Assembly: GCA_050123235.1 (NCBI GenBank)
Contig: JASFHL010000002.1
Span: 79,326 to 143,325 of the forward strand
Source of the DNA: Candidatus Woesebacteria bacterium
GTDB lineage: Bacteria; Patescibacteriota; Microgenomatia; UBA1400; PJMF01
Length of the DNA: 64,000 bases
Direction of reading: 5' to 3'
Shown: positions 20,247 to 29,349 of the stretch, piece by piece
How the letters are laid out: every line of letters begins with the position of its first letter
Numbering within the stretch: the stretch's first letter is position 1
Translations under genes and position numbers: made by a program
The notes under the pieces: model-generated
The model's database searches: none
Told to the model about the DNA's origin: nothing
The model's input: only the letters and a program-made list of their open reading frames with translations

Positions 20247-22106
20247 ATGCTAGGTTTAGCCACGATTGCTTTAATGGCTTATTTTATTCTTACTCGTATT
20301 ACTAATAAAAATAACGGAGAAGAACCTGTTCAAAGAATTGTTTTTCCAAAATGGTTTATGTGGAGTTTGGGCTTAGTGATTGTTGCTTTTAATATTTTTA
20401 TTTATGAAACAAGTTCTATTGGTATTGGTCCAGGTTTATTTAATCTTTTTTTAACTATAGCAATCTTGCTGACATTTCCACAAAATAAAAAAAGTCTTCT
20501 TGTTTATTCTCTAGCTGCTTTAAACATTTTCACAGGATTAGGAATCGCCTTTAGAGCTAATGGTTTTGTCCAATCAGTCAATGGTTTTGCCACTAGTTTA
20601 CTTATCATTGCTTTGCTGCTAATCCGCAGCTGGGATCAAATTAAATGGAAAGGACTCTGGTTAGCTAGACATGCTTTATCATTGATTCCCAACAGTTTGA
20701 ATCAATTAAGAAGATTATTTCTTCAATCTCCAGGTAGAGATAAGAAACGCTCTTTAGTTGCTTCGCTCATAAAAACTACAGCTTTAACTTTAGTAATAGT
20801 TATTTTCTTTGCCAATATTCTTTCAAATGCTGATCCTGTTTTTAAACAAATTATTGATAAATTTATGGATGAAATTGTGGGAAGAGCATTAGCTTCATTA
20901 ATTGTTGCTGTTATTTTCAGTGTTTTCTTTACCCTCCAAATCAAAACAGAAGAAAAAAATTATCGCCTCAAAGTATTGGCTTTTCATGATGTACTTATCC
21001 CGACTGCGGCTCTGATCACCCTACTAGCTGTTTTTATTTTTGTCCAGCTTAGATATCTGTTTGGATCACATCATGATTTGACTCAATTTAATCTGACTTA
21101 CTCAGAATATGTTAGAAAAGGATTTACTGAACTGCTCATAGCTTGTTTTTTTGGCAGTCTTGTTTCCTATTTAGTAATTCTAAAGTCAAGAATCTTTGAA
21201 AAAGCATCCCAGATCAAACAACTGCAATTAACTAATATTGTTCTACTAGTTGAATTATTTTTCTTATTAGTTTCGGCCTTTAAGCGAGACATTATGTATG
21301 TGGAAGTTTATGGCCTTACTAGAGTTAGAATTATTGGCGGAATATTTTTAGTTTGGCTTGCTGTTTTATTACTTTTGCTTGCAGGGCTTACTATCTATAG
21401 ACAAATGAAGGAAAAACATTTGTTCAGCGGAATTTATCTAGCTAGCATTCTGGTTGTACTTAGCTTAAATTTAATCAATATTGATAAAATTGTTGCTTCC
21501 TATCAACCTTTAGATACTTTTAAAGATAAAGACTACTTTTACATTAATAATCTCTCTGAAGACGCGATTGATGGCTGGGAAGAATCAATTGAATCATCGG
21601 AAAAAATTGTTTTAGAATTGCTTGATAGAATTGACTTAACAGAAGTAGAAAAAAAACGCCTAGCAATAGCTAAACTATCTTTGATCTCTATTAAAGAAAA
21701 CCGCAAAAAATTAGATCAGAAATATTTAGCAACTGAACAGCTAATTGATGAATATTTTAGTGATTATGGGAAAATTGCAAAGTATCTTGAACAAAAGAGA
21801 AAGTGGCAGGCATTTAATCTAAGTGAATTCCAAGCTTTTAAGCGAATGCAAGATAAGCAAGATCTCTTTTACAAAAAAGTTGATAGACTTATAGCGGAGA
21901 TCGAGAGTTATCAAGAAATTTATGAAATTGATTTATATGAACAAGAAAATTGGCGCTTAAGAGAATTTGAACATCCTTTTGTTTTTATCCATCTGGACTA
22001 TTATCCAAGAAGATTAAAAACTGACAAATATCCTAAAAACTATAAAACACCAGAATCACAAACCTTACCGTCTACTCCCTCAGTCACACCTCGCGCTACT
22101 AGATAA
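20247..22106 (+). CDS. Hypothetical polytopic membrane protein with a C-terminal cytoplasmic coiled-coil region
   Basis: More than 10 predicted TM helices followed by a charged helical tail. No catalytic motif recognised. Confidence 0.35.
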   Translation: MLGLATIALMAYFILTRITNKNNGEEPVQRIVFPKWFMWSLGLVIVAFNIFIYETSSIGIGPGLFNLFLTIAILLTFPQNKKSLLVYSLAALNIFTGLGIAFRANGFVQSVNGFATSLLIIALLLIRSWDQIKWKGLWLARHALSLIPNSLNQLRRLFLQSPGRDKKRSLVASLIKTTALTLVIVIFFANILSNADPVFKQIIDKFMDEIVGRALASLIVAVIFSVFFTLQIKTEEKNYRLKVLAFHDVLIPTAALITLLAVFIFVQLRYLFGSHHDLTQFNLTYSEYVRKGFTELLIACFFGSLVSYLVILKSRIFEKASQIKQLQLTNIVLLVELFFLLVSAFKRDIMYVEVYGLTRVRIIGGIFLVWLAVLLLLLAGLTIYRQMKEKHLFSGIYLASILVVLSLNLINIDKIVASYQPLDTFKDKDYFYINNLSEDAIDGWEESIESSEKIVLELLDRIDLTEVEKKRLAIAKLSLISIKENRKKLDQKYLATEQLIDEYFSDYGKIAKYLEQKRKWQAFNLSEFQAFKRMQDKQDLFYKKVDRLIAEIESYQEIYEIDLYEQENWRLREFEHPFVFIHLDYYPRRLKTDKYPKNYKTPESQTLPSTPSVTPRATR

Positions 22107-22183
22107 AATTTTCTTTCACGAGCTAAATTCAATTTCTCTTACAAATATATTACAATATCCTGACTAATCAATAATTTTTATCA

Positions 22184-23344
22184 ATGTCTAAAAAAATGAA
22201 AAGCTACTATATTCACACCCTTGGCTGTCAGGCTAATAAAAGTGATTCTGAAAGGATAGCCTCTGATTATCATGCTAGAGGCTATAAAGAAGCTAAATCA
22301 TGGAAAAACTGTGAGCAATTAGTGATCAATACCTGTGCAGTCAGACTTAGAGCAGAGCATCGAGTCTATGGCTTTTTGGAAAATGTAAAAAAACATTTTG
22401 ATAAAACAGGCAAAAAACGACCAAAAATTATTCTCACCGGTTGTATGCTTCATCACGGAGAAGAAAAAATTAAGGAAAAACTTAAAATTATTGATGAAGT
22501 CTTACCTATCACAGAAGTCAGTTTTAACCGGCCGGCTCTCAGAAAAGATAAAAAACACGCCTTCATACCTATTTCAACTGGCTGCAACTCCTTTTGTAGT
22601 TATTGTATCGTGCCTTACTCTAGGGGGCGTGAGAAATCAAGGTCCATGGCAGAAATTCTAAAAGAAGTAAGAATGCTAATTAAACAAGGTTATAGTGAAA
22701 TTACTTTAATTGGTCAAAGTGTCAATTCTTGGGGTTTAGAAAAAGTAGGAGTTTCATACAGAAAAATGTTGATGAATAAAAAGTTAACAAGAGAGGATTT
22801 ACCTTCCAACCAATCACAATATCTAAAAGCCAATGGTCTTCCTCCATTTGTTAAACTATTACAGTCAATCTCTAAATTTTCAGAAATTAAAATTATTAGA
22901 TTTTTATCTGCCAATCCATGGGATTTTCATGACGAATTAATTGAAGAAATTGCCCATAATCCCAAAATTGACCGCTACATTCATCTACCTATCCAGTCAG
23001 GGAGTAATACTGTACTTCACCGCATGAATCGAGGTTATACAAGAGAAGATTATCTTGAATTAGTTAATAAATTAAAAAAAGCTGATCCAGATATTGTCTT
23101 GGGAACAGATATTATTGTCGGCTTTCCTGGAGAAACAGAGCAAGAATTTCAGGAAACAGTGGAACTTGCTCAAAGAATTGATTGGAAACTAGCTTTTGTA
23201 GCTATTTATTCTCCTAGACCTAAAACAGCCAGCTGGCGTTTGTATGAAAACAATGTTCCTTATAAAGTTAAAAGGAAGCGCTGGCAGATCTTAGAAGATA
23301 TGATTAATAAAAAAAATCTTAAAAAAAGACCCAAAGTAGTCTAA
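22184..23344 (+). CDS. miaB: Radical SAM methylthiotransferase, MiaB/RimO family
   Basis: MTTase N-domain (YIHTLGCQANKSDSE), radical SAM CNSFCSYC (CxxxCxxC) and a C-terminal TRAM-like region. Adjacent to miaA. Confidence 0.75.
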   Translation: MSKKMKSYYIHTLGCQANKSDSERIASDYHARGYKEAKSWKNCEQLVINTCAVRLRAEHRVYGFLENVKKHFDKTGKKRPKIILTGCMLHHGEEKIKEKLKIIDEVLPITEVSFNRPALRKDKKHAFIPISTGCNSFCSYCIVPYSRGREKSRSMAEILKEVRMLIKQGYSEITLIGQSVNSWGLEKVGVSYRKMLMNKKLTREDLPSNQSQYLKANGLPPFVKLLQSISKFSEIKIIRFLSANPWDFHDELIEEIAHNPKIDRYIHLPIQSGSNTVLHRMNRGYTREDYLELVNKLKKADPDIVLGTDIIVGFPGETEQEFQETVELAQRIDWKLAFVAIYSPRPKTASWRLYENNVPYKVKRKRWQILEDMINKKNLKKRPKVV

Positions 23345-23355
23345 TAATCTCAATT

Positions 23356-24342
23356 ATGAAACAACTTATCTCAATCATTGGCCCAACTGCTACTGGAAAG
23401 ACTTCTCTTGCCTTGGCAATTGCAAAACAACTACTAAAAAATAAAGAATACGAAGGTATAGAGCTTATTTCTGCAGATTCTAGGCAAGTTTATCAAGGCT
23501 TGAGTATTATTACTGGGGCTGATGTACCAGCTAATTTCCAAGAAACAAAAGCAAAAGCTGATTATCCATATTTCCAGCATAATTCAAAAAAAATTAATCT
23601 TCATGGCGTGGCTGTTATTAAGCCCAATCAAGAATGGTCAGTTGCCCATTTCAAAAAACTAGCTTTACAAATCATTCAAGAAGCTTGGCAAAAACAGCAT
23701 TTAGCAATAGTGGTAGGGGGTACAGGCCTTTATCATCAACATCTCTTTAGTAAAAGCAATTATTTTGGTATTCCAGCAAATAAAGAACTTAGAAATAAAG
23801 CAGAAAAAATGAAACTTCCTGAACTACAAGAATGGTTAAAAAAAATTAATCAAGAAAAGTTCAATCAATTGAATCGATCAGATAAAAACAATCCTCGTCG
23901 ATTAATTAGAAGAATAGAGATTGAACTCTTTGTCAAAAATTCTCAAGCAAAAATTAAAGCTAAAGACAAATTTAAGCCTGACAGTCAGTTGCTAATTGGA
24001 CTTCAAAATAAATTAGCAAATATCAAAGAAAAAATTAAACAAAGAGTCAAACAACGTTGGCAAAGTGGCGCTAAAAAGGAAGTAAAAGCCATCATCAGAA
24101 AATATCCTAATGAGAAACTGCCGGCCCTGTCAGCTACTGGTGTTAAAGAGATCAGTCAATTTCTAAGGAATGAAATTACGGAAAAAGAATGCCTTAATCT
24201 CTGGACCTTAAGAGAATACCAGTATGCCAAAAGACAAATTACCTGGTGGAAGAAAAGACCTGGGATAAATTGGCTAGATTTAAGTCAAAAAAATTTTAAA
24301 AAAAATGCATTCCAGCTAGTGTCTGACTATCTAGAACAGTGA
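23356..24342 (+). CDS. miaA: tRNA dimethylallyltransferase
   Basis: P-loop IIGPTATGKTSLAL and a DSRQVY motif, both typical of MiaA. Confidence 0.85.
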   Translation: MKQLISIIGPTATGKTSLALAIAKQLLKNKEYEGIELISADSRQVYQGLSIITGADVPANFQETKAKADYPYFQHNSKKINLHGVAVIKPNQEWSVAHFKKLALQIIQEAWQKQHLAIVVGGTGLYHQHLFSKSNYFGIPANKELRNKAEKMKLPELQEWLKKINQEKFNQLNRSDKNNPRRLIRRIEIELFVKNSQAKIKAKDKFKPDSQLLIGLQNKLANIKEKIKQRVKQRWQSGAKKEVKAIIRKYPNEKLPALSATGVKEISQFLRNEITEKECLNLWTLREYQYAKRQITWWKKRPGINWLDLSQKNFKKNAFQLVSDYLEQ

Positions 24343-24390
24343 ACAACTATAATCGTAGACGAAAGTTCAAGAAAGCTTTATACTTAGTCT

Positions 24391-25413
24391 ATGTTTAACT
24401 TTTTTCACCACAAAAAAAAGCAAGTGGAAATTTCCCCTTCAATAGTTGTCTTTTCTGCCTTTTTTTTACTCTTTCTATATTTTCTATATTACATTAGTTC
24501 AATCATTACGCTTTTATTTTTATCATTCATCATTATGATTGCTCTCAACGGAGCAGTAGCAAAAATTGAAAAACGCTTTAAAATTAATAGATTATTCAGT
24601 GTCATTTTTATTTATATTTTGGTGGTGCTAGTGAGCGTTACTATTTTTGCCTATTTGGTACCACCATTGGCTAAACAAGTCTACTTATTGCTACAAAGCA
24701 TTGATTTACCAGTAATAGATCATCTCAATAGCGTTGATAATTTGACTGAATTGAGTGAGCTGGCAGGAAAATATAGTAATTCTGTTAACACTATTTTTTC
24801 CTTTATCACTTCTACTTTTGCTAGTATCTTTACTTTCTTTACCTTGATAGTAATGTCTTTCTACTTAATTCTAGATAGACCAAAACTACACCTTAAACTT
24901 TATTGGTTTACCAAAGATAAAAAGAAAATTAAAATTGCCCAGGATTTTCTAGATTCAATTGAAAGTCAGCTCGGTGGTTGGGTCAGAGGACAGATCATTC
25001 TCATGACTATTATTGGCTTGGCTACCTTTCTGGGTCTGACTGTACTAAAAGTGCCATTTGCTTTGCCACTTGCTCTTTTGGCAGGGTTGTTGGAAATTTT
25101 ACCAAATCTAGGACCCACTATCGCTGCTGTGCCAGCAGTAGCTCTGGCTTTTATTAATCTTGGCCCTGCACGGGGACTAGCAACACTAATTTTCTATATT
25201 ATAGTTCAACAAGTAGAAAACAATTTTATAGTTCCAAAGATTATGAAGGAAAATGCTGATGTCAATCCTTTAGTGGCTATTACTTGTATCTTAATTGGTT
25301 TTAAAATTTATTCTGTAGTTGGGGCATTATTGGCAATTCCTGTTTATATTATTCTTAGAACTCTTTATTCCTTCTGGGCAAAATATAAAAAAAATATAGA
25401 AGCACCTTGGTGA
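24391..25413 (+). CDS. AI-2E family transporter (UPF0118/PerM-like)
   Basis: Eight predicted TM helices and the conserved LGGWVRGQ segment. Confidence 0.75.
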   Translation: MFNFFHHKKKQVEISPSIVVFSAFFLLFLYFLYYISSIITLLFLSFIIMIALNGAVAKIEKRFKINRLFSVIFIYILVVLVSVTIFAYLVPPLAKQVYLLLQSIDLPVIDHLNSVDNLTELSELAGKYSNSVNTIFSFITSTFASIFTFFTLIVMSFYLILDRPKLHLKLYWFTKDKKKIKIAQDFLDSIESQLGGWVRGQIILMTIIGLATFLGLTVLKVPFALPLALLAGLLEILPNLGPTIAAVPAVALAFINLGPARGLATLIFYIIVQQVENNFIVPKIMKENADVNPLVAITCILIGFKIYSVVGALLAIPVYIILRTLYSFWAKYKKNIEAPW

Positions 25414-25438
25414 GTAGATTTTTCGCAAAATAAAAAAT

Positions 25439-25507
25439 GAGCGGGTAACGATAAACTGCTCGAACCTAAGACCTCTTATCGAGCCTAGTTTGGAACTCCA
25501 GTTTCGT
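25439..25507. repeat. Truncated copy (C) of a conserved non-coding repeat family
   Basis: The 28-nt core GAGCGGGTAACGATAAACTGCTCGAACC is identical to the core in copy B (28536-28563). Following similarity is weaker (…CTAGTTTGGAACTCCAGTTTCG). On the minus strand the core is followed by ATTTTTTATTTTG. Confidence 0.6.
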
Positions 25508-25554
25508 AATTTGAAAGATCATCTTGGCATTTTCAGCTTTTCTCAAATATCTAG

Positions 25555-26451
25555 CTAGAAAGAAACATCATTCAAATCAGAACTAATATTTTGAGCAGAT
25601 ACTTTTAAAGCGTTATTTTGAGGAGCTAGTTTAACTACTTCGTCAATAAATTGCGTTTTTTCAGTAGAATTGACGACATAAAGCGGGTTGCCATCAACTG
25701 TGGATGATTGTGATCCGTATTTTTTTACAAGATCTACAAACTGCTGGTCTTTTAAAATATCAAGATTCATAACTCGCACTATTGTTCCAGAGGATGCATC
25801 CCTTTTTTCTCCGATTAAGTCTATCCACACACCCAACGAGCTTATTCCATATGGACCTGGTTCTCTTACATTCAACCAATAGCTTTGACCATTGATCATA
25901 ACCGTTTTATAGTTACTTAAGGATTGGAAATTATCTCCCATCCCCATATATTTTGAGTTTTGGTGGAAGAAATACACATTTCTGATGTCGCCTGAAAATT
26001 CAGGATTTTCAACTCTGATGGACATATTGGCATAATTTTCGTCGGGAACAAAACAGTTTATTGAATTTTGAACACCGTAGGCAGTTTTTATTGATTGATC
26101 TAAAGTGAACGGTAGTTTGTTTAGACTGATCTTACTATTTAGGCAAAATTGAGAAAGGGCTTCAGATAGGTTAATTTTATTTGTTGTTTCTGTAGAGGCA
26201 GATGATGGGATTATAATTTCATCATTTCTCTCACTTATTGGAGTAGGAGTTGTCTGTTCTATTGACTTTAACGGTTGAGATTTATTACCAATGTAATATC
26301 CACTCAAGCCGAAGACTACAGCAGTAACCAAAAAAGTAATCAGTAATGGGAATAATATGTTATTCTTGTTTGTTGAAAAATTTTCAGCTTGGACAACTGG
26401 CCGATTAACTATAGTATTTTCGGGTGGATTTGCTTGACTTTTATCTTCCAT
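25555..26451 (-). CDS. Hypothetical membrane-anchored protein (N-terminal TM, extracytoplasmic domain)
   Basis: A single N-terminal hydrophobic helix, then an S/T/N-rich linker. No motif recognised. Confidence 0.4.
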   Translation of the reverse strand: MEDKSQANPPENTIVNRPVVQAENFSTNKNNILFPLLITFLVTAVVFGLSGYYIGNKSQPLKSIEQTTPTPISERNDEIIIPSSASTETTNKINLSEALSQFCLNSKISLNKLPFTLDQSIKTAYGVQNSINCFVPDENYANMSIRVENPEFSGDIRNVYFFHQNSKYMGMGDNFQSLSNYKTVMINGQSYWLNVREPGPYGISSLGVWIDLIGEKRDASSGTIVRVMNLDILKDQQFVDLVKKYGSQSSTVDGNPLYVVNSTEKTQFIDEVVKLAPQNNALKVSAQNISSDLNDVSF

Positions 26452-26496
26452 ATTTTAATTATGGCTTAACTAAAGATAAATAACAAGAACATTTGC

Positions 26497-26722
26497 GGTT
26501 CGATTCCCATCACCGGTATTGCAACTTTCCAGACTAAACGAATTTTTGTAAAAGATGAGGCTCAAACTCGAGGAAATGCGAACTACTTGGGGAAAATTGA
26601 AGCCACAACAAAACTGCTCCCGTATGGAGCGGGTATGAGCGGGTAACGGTACTTTGCTCGAACCTATTTGGCCTGGACGACTATATCAAACCCGATCTAG
26701 TTTTGCAGTTACAAGCTCTTAA
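26497..26722. repeat. Copy A of the roughly 220-nt conserved non-coding repeat
   Basis: Collinear with copy B over about 220 nt (start GGTTCGATTCCCATCACCGGTATT … end CCCGATCTAGTTTTGCAGTT), with a 10-nt internal tandem duplication (GAGCGGGTAT-GAGCGGGTAA). It lies immediately 3' of the minus-strand gene 26737..27288. Confidence 0.7.
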
Positions 26723-26736
26723 GGGTCACTTAAATA

Positions 26737-27288
26737 TTAAGAGTTTTTCTCAAATAATTTAAACATTTGTGATTCTTTATCGTATGAACGAGCAGTTTCA
26801 AAAGCCTCCTCTAGAGATTTTTTGTTTTGAGCCAACTCATATGCGATATGAGTACCAAATAAATACGCTGAATTCCCGAAAGGCGCTCCAGAGGGTGCAA
26901 TATATTTTTTCACACCTGCATCTAGAAATGAGTTTGCTAGCTCTTTGTTTCCGGTCTCACACCCCAAGCTAACAATATTTTTATCTTTCAGATTTGCATA
27001 TTCCTTCACATCTTCTGCAGATAATGGTTTTTCTCCTGGGCATGTATATATGCCTTCTTTTTCATCACCATGGCATGCAATAAAAATTAAGTCTTCAGTT
27101 TTAATATTACCTTTGAGTATTTCTAGCAACTGTTTTCTGGATCCAATAAAGTGAATGTTTACATTGAACCAAAACCTTTCAAAAGCAAGTCTTAAGGCTT
27201 GAGCTTCAAGATCTGAATTTTCTAAAACAATTAGCGAAACTGGCAATTGTGATACTAACGGTGCTTCATGGTATTTATGTTCAGACAT
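26737..27288 (-). CDS. Small caspase-like protein, clan-CD peptidase-like His/Cys dyad (paralog 1)
   Basis: Beta-strand then HG (DLIFIACHGDEKEG), and about 35 aa later a second strand then Cys (NIVSLGCETGN). This is the pattern of caspase/CHAT p20 domains. It is a paralog of 28663..29298. Confidence 0.4.
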   Translation of the reverse strand: MSEHKYHEAPLVSQLPVSLIVLENSDLEAQALRLAFERFWFNVNIHFIGSRKQLLEILKGNIKTEDLIFIACHGDEKEGIYTCPGEKPLSAEDVKEYANLKDKNIVSLGCETGNKELANSFLDAGVKKYIAPSGAPFGNSAYLFGTHIAYELAQNKKSLEEAFETARSYDKESQMFKLFEKNS

Positions 27289-27477
27289 ATCAAGTTAATT
27301 ATAGAAGAATTGGCTACGCTTTGGTATAGTCAGCTTACCGAATGATCTCTATGGTGAAGGTGCCTTACTTTTAGGGAACGATTGTTGGTGCTGGTGCACC
27401 AGTGATCCATCTTAGCTACAGGGATCGCTAGTCACTAATCAAGATGGAGAAATTTATTTTGCTCAAAATAACATTTT

Positions 27478-28359
27478 ATGTCACAAGGAAAGATTTTTGA
27501 ACAAATTGTCAGTTTGATCGAACACAGTTTAAAAAGTGACGAGAATGTCACAGTAAAGCACGATGTCAAACTAGTTGATTCATTAGGAATAGAAAGACAA
27601 ATTGATGTTTATATAACAGCTTTTATAAATGAGCATGAAATCACTGTCGCCATTGAGTGTAAGGATCACAACAGTAAAGTAAAAATTACTGAAATAGATG
27701 CATTTGATAGTAAAACTCGGAAACTTGCGGTGGATAAGCGAATATTTGTTTCTAAAAATGGTTATCAGTCAGGAGCAATCAAAACTGCAAAAAAAACAGG
27801 AATAGAATTGTGCACCCTTTCAAATCTTTCAAAAGAAGTACTAAAATCTTGGTTGCAAATACCAGGACTTCAAATGATAAATCAAATATATGATTTTAAA
27901 CACTCAAGATTTAATTTAGCTAAAGAAACGACAGTCAAAAAATTACCACCAAATTATGATATTGAGTCAAATCTATACTTGGCTGACAAGAAAAAACAAA
28001 TATCTACATCAGAGGTTAGACAGAACCTTATTAATCAGCTCTCAAAGCAACATCCTGACTTTTTTGAACCCAATAAGACCAAAAAAGTAGTTTTCAATTT
28101 CCCCAAGGAACCATATTACTTAAAAATTAATAATTTATTTGAACGAATAGATAATATTGAATCAATTATTTTTTTTAGATCGGAAATAACAAATCACCCG
28201 ATTTCTTATATACAACAATATTCACAGATTAATGGAAAAAATATTGCGAAGGCAGCGTCAATCGAGTTTCCTGCGTTATCTCAAGAATTTATCTTGAGCT
28301 TTGTTAGGTCAGAAAGTGACAACCTTACAAGGGTAGTTATTGCACCCAAAAAGAAATAG
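27478..28359 (+). CDS. Protein with an N-terminal Mrr-type restriction endonuclease (PD-(D/E)xK) domain and a C-terminal region of unknown function
   Basis: LVDSLGIERQIDVYI…ITVAIECKDHNSKVKITEIDAF…IFVSKNGYQSGAIKTAKKTGIELCTL fits the Mrr_cat pattern (D…ExK, followed by the conserved A…A…gI.L segment). The C-terminal roughly 170 aa have no recognisable motif. Confidence 0.55.
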   Translation: MSQGKIFEQIVSLIEHSLKSDENVTVKHDVKLVDSLGIERQIDVYITAFINEHEITVAIECKDHNSKVKITEIDAFDSKTRKLAVDKRIFVSKNGYQSGAIKTAKKTGIELCTLSNLSKEVLKSWLQIPGLQMINQIYDFKHSRFNLAKETTVKKLPPNYDIESNLYLADKKKQISTSEVRQNLINQLSKQHPDFFEPNKTKKVVFNFPKEPYYLKINNLFERIDNIESIIFFRSEITNHPISYIQQYSQINGKNIAKAASIEFPALSQEFILSFVRSESDNLTRVVIAPKKK

Positions 28360-28404
28360 ATTTATGGGATACTTTGTTTTATTATTGAACTGGCTCCGAC
28401 GGAG

Positions 28405-28622
28405 GAGTTCGATTCTCGTCACCGGTATTATACCTTTCCAGGCTAACGTAATTTTTGTGAATTTTGAGGCTCGAACTCGGGGAAAGATGGATTACTTTGG
28501 GAAATTTTAGGCCACGACAAAACTACTCCCGTATGGAGCGGGTAACGATAAACTGCTCGAACCCATTTGGCCTGGATGACTATATCAAACCCGATCTGGT
28601 CTTGCAGTTGAATCTTCTTAAA
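28405..28622. repeat. Copy B of the roughly 220-nt conserved non-coding repeat
   Basis: Collinear with copy A. It contains the core GAGCGGGTAACGATAAACTGCTCGAACC (28536-28563) and internal complementary segments (GAGTTCGA / TCGAACTC). It lies immediately 3' of the minus-strand gene 28663..29298. Confidence 0.7.
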
Positions 28623-28662
28623 GAGCGAATGGGTATTAGATCCCTTGTTAATACTTAACCTT

Positions 28663-29298
28663 CTAATTATTAAGTCTTTTGTCTGTTGGTTCTATAAGTA
28701 CTCTTTCGGCTTGATTTAGGACACCAGAAATTCCCTGTACATAATATATTGGACAACCAATCTCGTCGACTATCCACTGTGGAATATTATAAGTACCCAC
28801 CCCTTCTGAGTTAGCACTACAAGCATCAAACGCTATTAATGTATATTTATTTTTGCCTGTTAAATCCTTGATTGGACCTCTCAAAAAATCTTCAACATCA
28901 ACAATTTTTTCACCAAATCCTTTAGTAGAAATAATCCATCGACCCTGTTTTTCTGCACCATGTCCATGAATAAGAAGTATGTTTGGAGATTCTGCAGATA
29001 ATATATCAATCAACCTGTTTTGTACAGAATCATAACTATCTCTTTTAATGCCAAAAATTCTTGTCAAAGAAATTAGAGGTTTAAATCTCGCATCTTTGAA
29101 CTCATGTTTTTCACCAAAAACTGTAACTTCTTCTACTGTATGTTGCCAATCAAGTATGACGCTATCGACACGAGCATCTCTTTCAAACTCAGGAGTAAAT
29201 TGAAAACCTGACTCTGTTAACACGAAAGGCCCTTTGTTAAATACTATTCGTGCCTTATCACCCTGCTGAAGAACATAATCAGTATAATTTTCAGGCAT
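28663..29298 (-). CDS. Small caspase-like protein, clan-CD peptidase-like His/Cys dyad (paralog 2)
   Basis: NILLIHGHGAEKQG (HG motif) and KYTLIAFDACSANSEG (Cys motif), with the same spacing and pattern as 26737..27288, plus an extra N-terminal extension of about 80 aa. Confidence 0.4.
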   Translation of the reverse strand: MPENYTDYVLQQGDKARIVFNKGPFVLTESGFQFTPEFERDARVDSVILDWQHTVEEVTVFGEKHEFKDARFKPLISLTRIFGIKRDSYDSVQNRLIDILSAESPNILLIHGHGAEKQGRWIISTKGFGEKIVDVEDFLRGPIKDLTGKNKYTLIAFDACSANSEGVGTYNIPQWIVDEIGCPIYYVQGISGVLNQAERVLIEPTDKRLNN

Positions 29299-29349
29299 AT
29301 TTCATGATATTACTTAATGTAATTTTCTGTTTATTTCTGCCACTTTTTG

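Noticed and set aside
27380-27430. Possible SRP (4.5S) RNA because of GGTGCTGGTGCACCAG.
   Set aside because: It lacks the conserved domain IV motif (…GGAAG…AGCAGC… with the symmetric loop) and the terminal helix. Kept only as a palindrome/operator candidate.
28560-28600. The reverse complement of the repeat contains TTGATATAGTCA, close to the group I intron S element (AAGATATAGTCC).
   Set aside because: No matching R element (GACTA partner for P7), nor P/Q elements, found nearby. The motif is at the wrong end relative to the adjacent coding sequence for an intron. Likely coincidence.
28405-28622. The repeat begins G(A/G)GTTCGATTC…CACCGG, which looks like a tRNA T-loop plus 3' acceptor end. 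This suggests a tRNA 3'-half att duplication or a (permuted) tmRNA.
   Set aside because: Upstream sequence in neither copy can complete a cloverleaf. The would-be T-stem pairs in copy B but not copy A (no covariation). No CCA, no GGGG 5' acceptor partner, no tag-peptide frame conserved between copies, and no resume-codon context.
28464-28658. A 64-aa ORF inside repeat copy B.
   Set aside because: The corresponding region of copy A has a 10-nt duplication that would shift the frame, and copy C is truncated. Conservation is at the nucleotide level, not codon level, so the ORF is probably spurious.
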